Shown here: piece by piece, positions 26,010 through 38,259 of the stretch | Position numbering within the stretch: position 1 is the stretch's first letter | How the letters are laid out: each line of letters starts with the position of its first letter | Origin: Neoechinorhynchus agilis | Lineage: Eukaryota > Animalia > Acanthocephala | Length of the DNA stretch: 64,000 bases | NCBI GenBank assembly: GCA_051530055.1 | Contig: CM121342.1 | Location: forward strand, 11,733,480-11,797,479 | Reading direction: 5' to 3' | Program-made: the position numbers and the translations under genes | Notes under the pieces: model-generated | Seen by the model: only the letters and a program-made list of their open reading frames with translations | What the model was told of the DNA's origin: nothing | Databases searched by the model: none

Positions 26010-29000
26010 ATGGAATGTATGAAGAATTTCTTGTATGCGTGGTTAGGAAAACATCACAAACTTTCTCCGGATTATCAAGTGGCACAATTAGAAACGGGCA
26101 CAAATCAGCGTTTTAAGTGTGAACTTCGAGTACAGACGTTCGACTACGTAGCGATTGGTAATTCGACTTCTAAAAAGAGTGCAATGGAGAATTCAGCTCG
26201 GGATTTCTGTGAATACCTCGTCCGTGAAGGCAAAATGGATCCTGATCTGTTGGATGGACGGTCTTCGAACGTCCATGTTCGTAAACCGACGGCACAATGT
26301 GCTCCATTACTTCCCTTACCTCCGACCGAACAGCCAGTACCGTACATCCGTGGACCTCCAGAATCTTATTTAAAGGCTATTGGACAAGCTAACATTCTTG
26401 AAGAACAAGAGCAATTCGATCAGAACTCGGAGATTCACGGGAATTGGACTTTGGATAATGCTAAAGCTCGTTTAAATGAGTACGTTCAATCTAGTTTTAA
26501 AGGAAGGAAAAATGCGAACGAGTACAAGTACACTAGCACTGGTCCGGATAACCAAAAGAGTTTTATAGCTCAGATGAGTGTGTTTGTGAAAGAAATAAAC
26601 CGGGAGATTCACGCCAAGGAGCATGGATCAAGCAAACAACAAGCATCCAAAGCGGTTGCATTGTCTTTAGTAAGACAATTGTATCATTTGAAACTCATTG
26701 AACCATATTCTGGACAGCGGAAAAAGAAAGAAAAAACAACGGTTCCATTTGAGGTCAAAGTCGATCAACCAATTTTAGAAGCGATTGACAATGTCGTCGT
26801 AAAGGAAATGTGCCCCGTTGTGGACACTTCAAAGTCAACATACCCATTCTCACTTATTCCAGAACAAAAGCTCGGAATTTTTACTCCGGTAAAAGAGTTT
26901 AAGCGAATGCAGTATATACCGTGGACACCACCTATTCCCAATTGGAATCCATGGACTGCATGCAACATTGATGATGCGTTCCACTTACAGGCCAATCTGC
27001 AACTTATATCGGAAGGATTGTCGAATCAATACAGGAATCGGCATTTACCTCCAGTTTTGCCAATATCAGCATTAAGAGCACTTATTGTCGATAGTGTAGA
27101 TCGCAATATTGGAACCGCTCTTGAGTAGATAATGCACTTTTACTCTTCTTTTTTGTTTGCACACCGAGTTTTAGACTGTTGCAAAGTTGATCGACAAAGT
27201 GTGTGTTTTTGCGAGGCTGAAATTCAGTAGGGAAAAGGCCGAGAACGGTTCTTGATAAAGTGACGATCATTCGAGGATCTACGGGATGTGGTAAGACGAC
27301 TCAAGTTCCACAGTTCATCCTTGACTCATACATCGAATCCGGTCATGGAGCAGAGTGCAACATCGTTGTCACTCAACCACGAAGAATATGTGCTGTTTCG
27401 GTATCGGAACGAATAGCAGCCGAAAGGGGCGAAGATCTCGGTGTATCATGTGGATATTGCGTTCGTTTTGACAAACTTCTGCCACGAGCTTACGGTTCCA
27501 TTTTATTTTGCACAGTTGGACTGCTTCTCCGTAAGCTTGAAAGCGGTTTACGTGGAGTATCTCACATTGTAGTCGATGAGATTCATGAACGAGACTGTAA
27601 CACAGATTTCCTATTGGTTATTATAAAGGACATGCTTAAGACTTGCAATGGTCTTCATGTGATTTTGATGTCAGCAACCGTTGACACCACGCTATTTAGT
27701 GAATATTTCGATAACTGTAGTGTTATTGAAGTTCCCGGAAAAGTTTACGGTGTAAAAGAGTACTTTTTAGAAGATATTATAGAAATGACCGGATTTAACC
27801 CTTTATCAAAAAGTTTAAATAGTAATCGGTTACAATGTAACAATGAAGATGTTGGTAAACTGACCGACGGTGAATGCGATTTAGATTGTAATAAGATATG
27901 CGAAGGCAATTATTCGAACGAAACGCGAGTATCGATGAGTATGCTTTCCGAGAAAGCGGTTCCATTTGACGTAATTGAAGCATTACTTTGCCACATCGTC
28001 ACTCTTCCAACAGACGGTGGCTCGGTTCTTGTGTTTTTACCCGGATGGGCACAGATAAATTCCTTATGTAAAATGCTTCAAGTGCATCCAATTTTCGGCA
28101 CTGAAAGATTTCGAATTTTACCTCTTCATTCGCAACTGATGAGATCGGAACAACACTTAGTATTTCAACAAGTGCCACCGGGAGTAACAAAAATCATTGT
28201 CAGTACAAACATTGCTGAGTCGAGCATCACAATCAATGACGTTGTTTACGTGATCGATAGCTGTAAAGTGAAACAAAAGATATTCACCAGCCACAATCAA
28301 TTGACAAACTATGCAGTTGTATGGGCTTCCAAGTCAAATTTAAAGCAACGAGCTGGTAGAGCCGGACGAGTTTGTCCAGGACTATGTTTTAGATTGGTGT
28401 CTCGAGCACGTTTTGACCGATTGGATGAATATTTGACACCAGAGATATTTAGAACACCTCTTCATGAACTCATTCTGTCGATCCGGCTGCTTCGACTTGG
28501 AAACGCAAGAGCTTTTCTTCAACGAGCAATCGAACCTCCACCAATGAGTGCCGTGGCTGAAGCAGAATTCGGTTTGGTTCAAATGAACGCCCTTACCTGT
28601 GACTTTGAATTAACACAACTTGGCCTGATTATTGCTCGACTCCCTCTTGAGCCTAAAATGGCTAAAATACTCGTGATTGCTTGCATTCTTCAGCTCGGGG
28701 ATGCAATGTGTGCCATCGCGGCCGCTTTATCCTTTTCCGAGCCGTACCTGCACGATGCTCCTCATCTGAGATGGACGCACATCAAGCTTTCTGGAAACAG
28801 ATTCAGTGACCACGTTGCTTTGCTCAATTGTTTCCAGCAATACGAACGGGCATTGTTCATCAGCGAGCAGAGAGCCATTGAGCTTTGTGAGAAGAATGCA
28901 CTGAATGCAGCACTAATGAGTATGATATTCGAAGCAAGAAATCAGCTTAAGCAAATCATGATTGCTTCAGGTTTTCGTGAAGAGAATCTGAGATCCCAAT

Positions 29001-30295
29001 GGTATGACGTGAATGGATCCGATTTTAAACTAGATCTTATTACTTCTCTTCTGTCTCATGGACTCTATCCAAATGTCTGTTTCCATCTCAGCAAAAGAAA
29101 ACTACTCACTACAGGAGGCAAACATGCACTTCTCACCAAGCTGTCAGTCAATTACACACCGGACGATGTTAAGTTTCCTTCTCCTTTCTTCGTCTATGGC
29201 GAAAAGGTCAAGACGAAGGCGGTTTCAGTAAAACAACTCACGATGATCACACCAATCCAACTTTTGCTGTGCGGCAATGGAAAAATCGAAGCAACGGACC
29301 CAAGCACCGTCAATGTCGATGATTGGATCGTTCTCCATGTAGATGTCGATATAGCGGCTAAGATTGTAACTACAAAGTGACCCGCGCACGTTGGACGACT
29401 TCTTAAACGTTTCTTTGCCAAATTGACTCGGGTTTGTGCGTAGAAAAACAAACCGATACCAGGTTCTTGATACCATTGCATGTTGTAGCTCATTTATGAA
29501 CTTTTGTTATACTAGCAATATTTAGCGGTCTTAAAGAATACCCGAATGAGTTTACGATAATTTGATTTTCACATTGGGTTGTTCTTTTTAACGAACAGCG
29601 TTATTATACAATTTTGTGGGGTCTATTGACCTTCTTCCCTTTTTAAATCTAGAAGTTGTTCTATAAAACAGCCTTCCATGGTTTTGGATTATTGTGGCTA
29701 TTTTAATATTGTTGACAAATCTGAATGTAATCTCACACGAGTCACTTAAATAAGCCTTCGAAGAATACTGGAAAAATATACGGTTCATTACACTGAAAAT
29801 CCCGAAATGGGTCTTGAACTGAATCAGTCGATGCGTCCATTTTTGAACGCCTTTCAACTTCTATCCGACCAACATTGCTCTTTCAAGCCTTCCGACTTCG
29901 TGTCTAAAGATGAAGACGCCATTGAACTAAGTGCCATTTCCCTTCCAAGAATGTTTCACCCTACTGGAAGATATTTCCAAAGTGCGAAGCGTGCTGCTTC
30001 CTCTCAATACGGGACGAAAAAGCGGTATTTTACCTCTGTATCTGATTCTAACAAACCTGACACTCAGATGGAACGTTATGAATTTATCATGAAAGAGGAA
30101 TCCCCCTGTAAACGAGTTCCATCACGACGACTTGATCCACTTCCTGAATACATTCCACTACCGAGGTCACCCATCCAGCAGCACTATGAATATCGTCGAG
30201 CAACCGCGTGCCACGGAGGGGGACGAGGACGACGAGGAGGAGACCCGAGACGGAGTCAACGAAGAGTCGGTGAGTCTCGTCAAAATTTCAGATGA
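26010..30295 (+). CDS. DHX9: ATP-dependent RNA helicase A (DEAH); exons about 26010-27107, 27257-29367, 29752-30295
   Basis: Two dsRBDs ([10 protein letters not shown]; [14 protein letters not shown]), [30 protein letters not shown]2/OB region, RGG-like tail. Both interruptions are non-canonical. Confidence 0.95.
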
Positions 30296-30326
30296 ACTCT
30301 TGTGTGTGTGTCGTATTGAATAGAAA

Positions 30327-30614
30327 ATGTTATGGTTCATGTGCTCAAAGTGCGTTTAAAGCGTAGAGCGAACACACGCACACTTTAGTTCTCGGTGCGA
30401 TAAAAACAATATGAACGATCCGCAGTCTATAAACGCGCTCTTGGATGAACATCTAAGACGATATAAAGTACTCAATTCTAACCAAAACAAGCTAATAACA
30501 GATTTCAAATCCATTATCTGGCCACAAATCGACCATTTTGACACCATCGACCACAGTAGCGATGCGAATGCTCTTATTTTGAATAGAGGATGGACGGAAA
30601 CATTTGTGCTTTAA
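30327..30614 (+). CDS. Small orphan ORF (possible 39-nt GT-AG intron 30350-30388; or start at 30411)
   Basis: 67-aa ORF with an upstream in-frame ATG separated by one stop that lies inside a GT-AG-bounded hairpin; no homology recognised. Confidence 0.3.
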
Positions 30615-30731
30615 AATAAACTCTCAATAGAGAATTCTATTTTTTAATTCTCGATTTTTTAAGCAAATTGTTTCTGTCCACACATTCTGCTCGGCTTATC
30701 CTCCTTTTATTGTTTAGAAGTTTATTGTTTT

Positions 30732-30890
30732 ATGGTGCGTAGAAAAATTAAATGATGATTTTAAACTACCGATTGGTTTCGACGAGGCACAATCTTGTAC
30801 GCCTTTTGATCAAGGTTGCTTGTGACAAGTCCTAGAAACTTACAACCAATCGGTAGTTTAAAATCATAATTTAATTTTTCTACGCGCCAT
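30732..30890. repeat. Family A MITE-like palindrome, about 47-bp inverted repeats
   Basis: atggtgcgtagaaaaattaaatgatgattttaaactaccgattggtt / aaccaatcggtagtttaaaatcataatttaatttttctacgcgccat. Confidence 0.8.
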
Positions 30891-31090
30891 GAAACAACCA
30901 TAAAGATCAATTCAATCTTCAAACAGTGGTAAGATTGCAAATTAGCTTTTATCTAGTCTTACCTTCTGAAAAAGTCGAAATTTTAATAAAAAAAATCGCG
31001 TAATATTAGTTGATAACTTTACTTTTTCGACCGCCTAACCGCTTTTGAGTAAAATTACAATTTGAAGATTGAATTGTTCATGTTTTTTAT

Positions 31091-31623
31091 ATGGCCGAAA
31101 AAAAGAAGTAATTTATTCGTTGAATCCGATACGGCATTTGTGATTTGACCAGGACAACTCGTGTTGCTCTTGGAATGGTCCCTTTTGCCTCTGGTAGAGT
31201 TTATTTTCTTTACAAGAGGAATTGAACGATGGACGCCAACATGTTATCCGGCGTTTTAGACCACCTGCTAGTCGATCTGAAGATCCTAATCCTGAAAAGG
31301 TACTGGTTGATCTCAGTCCAGTCTCAGATCCCAACGAGACACAAGAAAGGGAAGCACTGATTGAAAGGGTTTTGGTGACACGAACAGATTATGAACTCTT
31401 TGATGCAGCTATAAACATAATTACAGGAGATATGGAATCAGGATCAAACATGAAAAGAAATTTCAGCGAGATACTAAATAATAATGAGCGACCAATGCAT
31501 GCAAGTACCAGTGGAATTTCGTCTTTCCATAAACAAAGTCCAATGGATACTAAGGGCGCAGTGAAAGAAGGGCAAAAAAATATTCTTGACCAATACGATG
31601 ACAATAACGAAATTCTATTTTGA
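31091..31623 (+). CDS. Orphan protein of about 140 aa; probable start at ATG 31091 with a hairpin-type interruption at about 31101-31213
   Basis: Long open frame about 31198-31623 with no early ATG; ATG GCC GAA AAA upstream joins it if 107-113 nt are removed. Confidence 0.4.
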
Positions 31624-31763
31624 ACTTTTAAAACAACAAAGTGTCATAATAAGAACCATCAGAATGCTAGGATTTCTGAGCGGTCACTAAGCGTCATTTC
31701 GTTTTTTCAAAGGGTGAAAATGGCAGCAGTGTAACGGTTGTTTTCATTTTTTGTATTTTTATG

Positions 31764-32020
31764 ATTTACCTTAAAAACATGAAAATTCATTATTATTCGT
31801 CATTTTGGCAGGACAAAATCTGAGCCAATTTCAAAGTTGAAACTACGGATTCAAAAATTCACCGATGATTTACTTACGCGATATTTCTACGTGTTGGATG
31901 ATTCCAACTTTTAAGCAATGAAAAACCTTGGGAAAATATCGGAATTATCTCCGACATGAAATATCAAAAACAAAAATCGGTAAATTCTTTAATCCGAGGT
32001 GGCAAAACTACTAAAAGAAA
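31764..32020. repeat. Dispersed repeat family D
   Basis: gatttaccttaaaaacatgaaaattcattatt...ggcaggacaaaatctgagccaatttcaaagtt and ccgaggtggcaaaacta recur at about 32265-32460, 37195-37520 and 49800-49915. Confidence 0.75.
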
Positions 32021-32877
32021 TTAAGTAGGTACATTGATATAATTTTCCAGCAAAATAAAAATTTATTGATGTTTCAAAAAGCTTAGAAATAATGTTTGGA
32101 GTTCTATGTTTTACGCTAAACGTTTTTAGTAACAAAACACAAAAAAGCGGTTCAAAAGGTTAGTTTATTACATTTTCTACAATATGAATTGAATATCTTG
32201 GATTATTGTCTTTGGAGGAAGGGGTAAAGGGGCTTACTTTTTCTTAGTTATACCATCGCTCAGATTAAAAAATTCACCCATTTTGGTTTCCGATATTTCA
32301 CGTGTTGGATAATTCCGACATTTCCCGTGGTTTGTCGCTTGTGAGATAAAGGAGACGGTTGTAAAGGTTTTTCGCAGTGAGATTTCGTTAGTTTGGAAAT
32401 AGATCAGTGAATTTTTGAATGCGGGATGACAGAACTAAGAAAAAGAAAATAAACTCATTTTGCAAAGTCTGGGGGGTAACTCGAGGTTTCGATCACCGAA
32501 GGAATAAAATGATCAGTCGAAAAGCAAGTTAAACTCCATAGATTTCTTCTAACTTTCAATTTCCACGGTGCACCCTACCAAACGTTTTGATCCTAAACGT
32601 AACAAATCGATTATCAAATTATTGGAACGTTCGTTTTTACGAATACTGTGATCCGTAATTTTCAAGTGAATGTTAGACATAAATAGAAGTTTAAAGAAGG
32701 AAACCATTGGTAAGACGCAACTCAAAATCAACCCCGGAGCGATATTTATACAACGGTCCTTGGCATTTTCGAAAGTCTGAGCGTTTCCTTTCAGAGACGA
32801 AGAAAAAGTCTTCACAACTCGGAGCGCACACTCATATAAAGAATAGAAGATTATTCGAGATTCGATTTGTGTCTGAT

Positions 32878-33300
32878 ATGTTCAATTCAAGGTTGTTTCG
32901 TTCATTAGTGTCGCGACGGATGGATTCTAACGTATTAATGCCTTCTCGTTCGTCGCGATTGGGTGAATGGGTTCGCGAGTATGACCAAAACACTAAAGTC
33001 CAATTCGAGAAGCCTTTTAAGTTTTCTGGATCAAAAGCAGCGAAACATGATAGCCTGGATACGTTCGTTTCCGGTCGCCACGCTGCTCCGTACGCTTTAC
33101 CTATTCGCGTCGTTTCATTCGCTTTCTTCATTCTTTATTTCGGTTATTTACGAGAAGAAAACGATATTGACGAGCGGATGAAACTACCTCCACATCGATC
33201 TGCGATAGGAAAACAATACCGACAAATGATCACTGAACATTACCTTCGAGAAGGATTCTCATTGGATGAAATCCATGAAATGATGAAGAAAATGGGATGA
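32878..33300 (+). CDS. UQCC4: CCSMST1/UQCC4-like mitochondrial membrane protein (intronless)
   Basis: Arg/Ser-rich presequence, KPFKFSGSKA, TM helix followed by YFGYLREENDID. Confidence 0.7.
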   Translation: MFNSRLFRSLVSRRMDSNVLMPSRSSRLGEWVREYDQNTKVQFEKPFKFSGSKAAKHDSLDTFVSGRHAAPYALPIRVVSFAFFILYFGYLREENDIDERMKLPPHRSAIGKQYRQMITEHYLREGFSLDEIHEMMKKMG

Positions 33301-33664
33301 AGTATTTAAGAATTTTATCAAAATTAACGGCACTGCCATTTAGCTTCATCCTTCTTAGTGGACTTTATTTTGGATCAATACTTTAATCATTTGAGTTTAT
33401 GTGATCGCCATTCCCTTCCTATTTTTTAATATCAGAAAACGGCTATTTTATGAATTTCGCAACCGTGTTATCGGTTTTTGCTGAATCGATCGGAAAAAAC
33501 ATGATCAGACGCATTTTTCGGAAGCATAACCGCGATATATATATTGCCACACCGAATCCACAAGTTTTTTTCTGTAAAACGTTTTTACGAATACGCGGTT
33601 ACCATAGAAAGTAGTTTTCAAAATGTCATTGCGTCCTTTAGTCGCTCGTTTGCCCTTGTTTCAG

Positions 33665-34183
33665 ATGAGCAATCTACCAAAACGTATTATCAAGGTTAGC
33701 TTTCAGTCCTTTTTTCAAACCGTTTTATTCAATAGCACGGCGCTGTTTTGTTAGGAAACTCAACGATTGTTAGATGACCCGGTTGAAGGCATAGTAGTCA
33801 CACCGAGTGAAGAAAACGCCCGATATTTTCAAGTTCTGATGACTGGTCCAAGAGATAGCCCGTTCGAAGGCGGTCAATTTAGAATGGAAGTGTTTTTGCC
33901 CGAAGAATACCCGATGTGTCCACCAAAAGTTCGCTTTGTCACCAAGATATACCATCCTAACATCGATAAACTTGGACGAATCTGTCTTGATATTTTGAAA
34001 GATAAATGGAGCCCCGCGTTGCAGATTAGAACTGTACTTCTTAGTATCCAAGCTTTGTTAGGAGCACCGAACCCAGATGATCCACTCGATAACAACGTTG
34101 CAACCAAATGGAAAAACGAAGAATCCGAGGCTATTGAAACTGCTAAACAATGGACTCAATTATTCGCTAAGGTCAGTAAATAA
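33665..34183 (+). CDS. UBE2N: Ubiquitin-conjugating enzyme E2 N (Ubc13); exons 33665-33694, 33755-34183
   Basis: [10 protein letters not shown]|ETQRL ... [36 protein letters not shown]; GT-AG intron. Confidence 0.97.
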
Positions 34184-34949
34184 ATCTTTTTGCGTCAAAT
34201 GTGAATTGCTTTGCACCACCAGTTTTAACGAATTTATCTTACGCAATTTTTAAAATGTAAGACGTTCTTAGCAGAAAAAGCTTGTTGCGGAAACGGGTGT
34301 GGGAATGACAATATTTTTGTAATGACCGAATTTCGGCGTGATTTGGCTAGTGGATCAGAATTAAAGCGGGTCTTAGCGTCACTTTGCGTCGAACGAAAGC
34401 CTCTTTGGTTACTTTAATTACCGTATTCAACGTTCTAATAACGGCGATTATCTGAGCAAAACGGTATTCTCTTCATCAGCTTAAAAAGGAGCAATTTTGT
34501 TGTAAGAAGTTTGTTTATGGGGCGAAAAACTTCAAGAAATTTTATTAAATCCAATATTTCGAAGCCACAATCTTGTACGGGTTTATCAAGGTTGTTTAAG
34601 TGTTTTATTACTTAAAGAACCTTGATAAACGCGTACAAAATAACACATTTTATTTTATTCAAAGGACCCATTTACCTTTTGGGTCCTCATGAACACTTGA
34701 GTTCTGATTGGATAAATGAATGCGGTTGTTAATTTTGGAGTGGATTGCGGGTTTATTCGGACTTTGATTCATTAGTGGATGTTTCGCAGAAAAAACGCAC
34801 GTTAGCTAAAGTGGCCATGTAGTAAACAAAACTTTTTATTCTTGGACATTCAAAAATAAAAATAATCCTTGATAACTCAAGTCATAAAAGTTCCTCACTG
34901 GTCATTGTTAAGGAATTCATGAGTACTTTACCATTATGTACGAAAGTTA

Positions 34950-35958
34950 TCATTTGTGATCAAACTCCTTACATTGTTCTCCGCTAAGATCAAATTCACC
35001 CTCTAAGGCATTTAAGTTGTCTTTTCGTTTCTTTAAAATGTCCAATATCTTTGAACAAGGTGTGAATTTTCCTTCGGTGTCTTCTCCGCAGCTCATGCAT
35101 CGTACAGTCCGGCTAAAATGAGCAAGAGCGCATTTCTCGCAAAAGTAATGATTACATTTGGTCTTAACGGGATTCATGAATTCCTTGCGACAGTAAGGAC
35201 AGTTAAACGGTAAATCATCGTCATCGCTGCTTGTATCGCTCGAACCTGACGATATGATGTTGCATTTGTCAGAATCCTTCATCTCATCCCGTTCAAGTTC
35301 CCATCCGAATTTATATTCTGTACGATCGTGTAGAAACTTGCAACTGTCACCGAATCCACAGAATCCAGTTTCCTTGTAATCCTTACAAATGTCGGGCTGA
35401 TAATCCCATCTAGTGGTTACGCGGATGTTAACTGGGGCTCTCATTGGACCACGTGATCGAGCATGCCCACTAGCCGCATTTCCGGTAGATTTGTCTTCAT
35501 CGGCAGCAATGGATCACGAGAACCAAAAATATCCATCGCTGTCGCTTATGCTCATAAAATTTCTGATAGCCGATAGAACCTCGATATATTTTGTCAACTT
35601 TTTGATTCTTTTGTTCTTTATTTATTCGTAGACTCTTTTCAAGACGCGCTTGTTCATCCTGATCAAACGGTGTATCGATTTCCAACTGAGCAGTAGCACC
35701 CATATCTCTGGGAACACTCGGTTCAGCACTTGAAGCTTGACTAAATTCATTAATAAGCAGGGGTACAGAGTCGTTAGTGTCCTCTCGCCGACGAGTACTT
35801 TCCACTTTGGCTGATATGACACTTTCACGAACAATTCGTTTCGGTTTTATTATTTGTTCATCATCCACGCCGTCCTCAGCTTCTGATATTCTCTGTCGAA
35901 CATTAACCCTTTTCCGACCCAAACGCTTGAAGAACGGACAAACAGGATCCGCCGACAT
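34950..35958 (-). CDS. RNF113A: Spliceosomal CCCH/RING protein RNF113A (Cwc24); exons about 35958-35548, 35498-34950
   Basis: GATAQLEIDT, KIYRG..GYQK, GPMRAP, RWDYQPDICKDYKETGFCGFGDSCKFLHDR, RING CPYC..CNHYFCEKC..CMSC; 49-nt non-canonical interruption. Confidence 0.95.
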
Positions 35959-36234
35959 CTATGAGATTCATAAGCGTCTTTAAGACAAACAGAAATTATA
36001 CGAGTATAGATTTAGCTTTTGCATTTAAGAACTTGGAGAATTTTTAACGTTTTAACACGGCTAACAAAACACCTTAATGTCAACAGCCGACATGGATCGT
36101 TAAAGTCGAATGGATATATTTCTATTTTTTAAGTTTGACCAGTCGGTAACTTATAGTTAGTATCTATGTGTGGCAATCACGGCTGATAATTTTATTGCGT
36201 AGGCACCCAGCCCACCGATCTACTGATTGTATCA

Positions 36235-36718
36235 GTCATTTTATCAATTCGATCTAAAAATCAGTAACCTTCTTAGCTGCCTCCCTGAATGCATTTAAGC
36301 TAATTAAAGGTAATTGGAAGGAAACTTTTGCTTTGTTCCCTCCTGTAGTATTGGCAATTTCAATCTTTTCGATCGTTGATCTAAAAACAGAACTTGGAAT
36401 ACAACTACCGTTTTATGAGTAATTTAATAACGAAATTAGTATTTTTCATCAGGTCCATAGTTTCCTATAATCCTTTTGAGCTGCGGACTCAACCGTATCG
36501 AGCATTCCTTTAATTCGATAAAACCGAAGTTCCCTGCATCGACCTATAAATGAGTTAATACATATTGAAATGGCAAATACAACACCAAGGAACAAAGCAA
36601 AAGTTTCCTTCCAATTACCTTTAATTGACCTAAATGCATTCAGGGAAGCAATCTACCCGGGTCAATCGCTTTTGTGACCAAAACCTACTTATTTTTTAGA
36701 TAGAATTGATTAAATGAC
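36235..36718. mobile_element. MITE-like element with long (about 100 bp, imperfect) terminal inverted repeats
   Basis: Perfect 30-bp pair gtaattggaaggaaacttttgctttgttcc / ggaacaaagcaaaagtttccttccaattac, extended outward with mismatches. Confidence 0.75.
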
Positions 36719-37775
36719 CAATACAATAAGTATTTGTAATCTAAATAACAACTTATCTAACCACCCGCATACAATCATCAATACTAAAATAACACTTTAA
36801 TGTTGAATGTATCTAGAATATTAGAATTGGTGGCTGGGTTGTCGTTAGAAAAGTTACGACGTTACAGCTTTTGGGAAGTGATTGCAAATGACGATGTTCA
36901 TAAAAAGCATTACAAACGATAATCGAAATGACAAAAAAACCCGGAATAGCATTTGGTATTTAGCGATGTAGGAAATCATCCACGAAATTGAACATATTTC
37001 CAATATAAAAATGAATTGGAAGCGGTTTTTGTCAAAAAAAGAATTTATTTACAACTGAAATGCATAATGTCTAAAAAATCAAAGTATAAAAACATAAAAT
37101 TTACTGAAAGGGTCCGAACATACACTGTCCTGATGATTAAACGTATGGGTGTATTTGATCGAAAGAACGCCACAACAAGTCTTTTTAAATTTGATTTACC
37201 TTAAAAACATGAAAATTCATTATTCGCCGTTTTGGCAGGACAAAATCTGAGCCAATTTCAAAGTTCAAACTAAGTGCATACCACCATTATTTTAAAAGTT
37301 TTGCCATTTCATATTCAAAAATCCACCGATGATTTTCCCGATATTTTTACGTGTTGGATAATTCCGACATTTTTTCCAAGTTTTGTCACTGTAAATTGCT
37401 CGTGAAATAAAGTAGAAAGTTGTAAAGGGTTTTTTCGCAGTGAGAGTTCATTAGTAGGGAACCGGGAAAATAAATCATCGGCGAATTTTTCAATCCGAGG
37501 TAGCAAAACTAAGAAAAAGAAAGTATCTTTCCCACGGAGATATATGAATTAATGGTTCCACAAAGTAGTGGACTCAATCAAAAAGTTCATCAAACGTTGA
37601 GTTCGGCGACAGTTAACAAGTACAAAATTCGAACATGTTACACCTACATTGCGCATTTTTAAGCGTCATCAAAAACGAAAATTCATTTAAAAAACCATTC
37701 TTCCGTACACTAACGTCATCCTGAATTCTGGCGACGCCGGGCTATATGATTATAAAATTATTCAACCGGTAAATA

Positions 37776-38006
37776 ATGGATCTCTATTTTGTCCCCTTTG
37801 GGGTAGAGACGTATGGAGCGCTCGGCAGCTCGGCACTCTCTCTGCTCCAGGATCTCTCGAAGAAATTGAGAGAGGCAACCGGAGACTCAAGAGCAGGCAT
37901 GTTCCTTCGACAAAATATCTCGCTAGCAGTACAACGGGGCAATGCTGCCAGCGTGATGGCGACGGTCGAGGAAGGACAAAAGCTGGAATTCGGCGGGAGG
38001 TGGTGA
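37776..38006 (+). mobile_element. CRE-clade non-LTR 3' end fragment
   Basis: FVPFGVETYGALG ... ATGDSRAGMFLRQNISLAVQRGNAASV; close nucleotide similarity to 43775-43980. Confidence 0.8.
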
Positions 38007-38259
38007 GTGTGTTAATTGTCGAGAAATGAAGATTGATTGAATTTCAAAAATTATACAGGTTTTTATTTTTTTTATTAAAAACGTTTTGCGAACCTCGTCG
38101 GGTTCATCATCAGATTTTTGTTATTAAAAGACGCTCAAGAACTGATGATGAACGCGGAAAGATTCTTCTTCTCCTTTTCACTCACGCATTTTTCTCTCTT
38201 TCTCGAGAGGTTGCGGTTCCCTCGACAATCAATTTATCCTGTTTGATGTAATAAACCCA

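Noticed and set aside
27126-29380. Stop-codon reassignment or readthrough as the explanation for the broken genes
   Set aside because: Most inserts change frame (lengths not divisible by 3), and TAA, TAG and TGA all end intact genes normally.
34290-34490. Box C/D snoRNA on the minus strand (TGATGA ... CTGA)
   Set aside because: No terminal stem or recognisable rRNA guide found by eye; the motifs are short enough to arise by chance.
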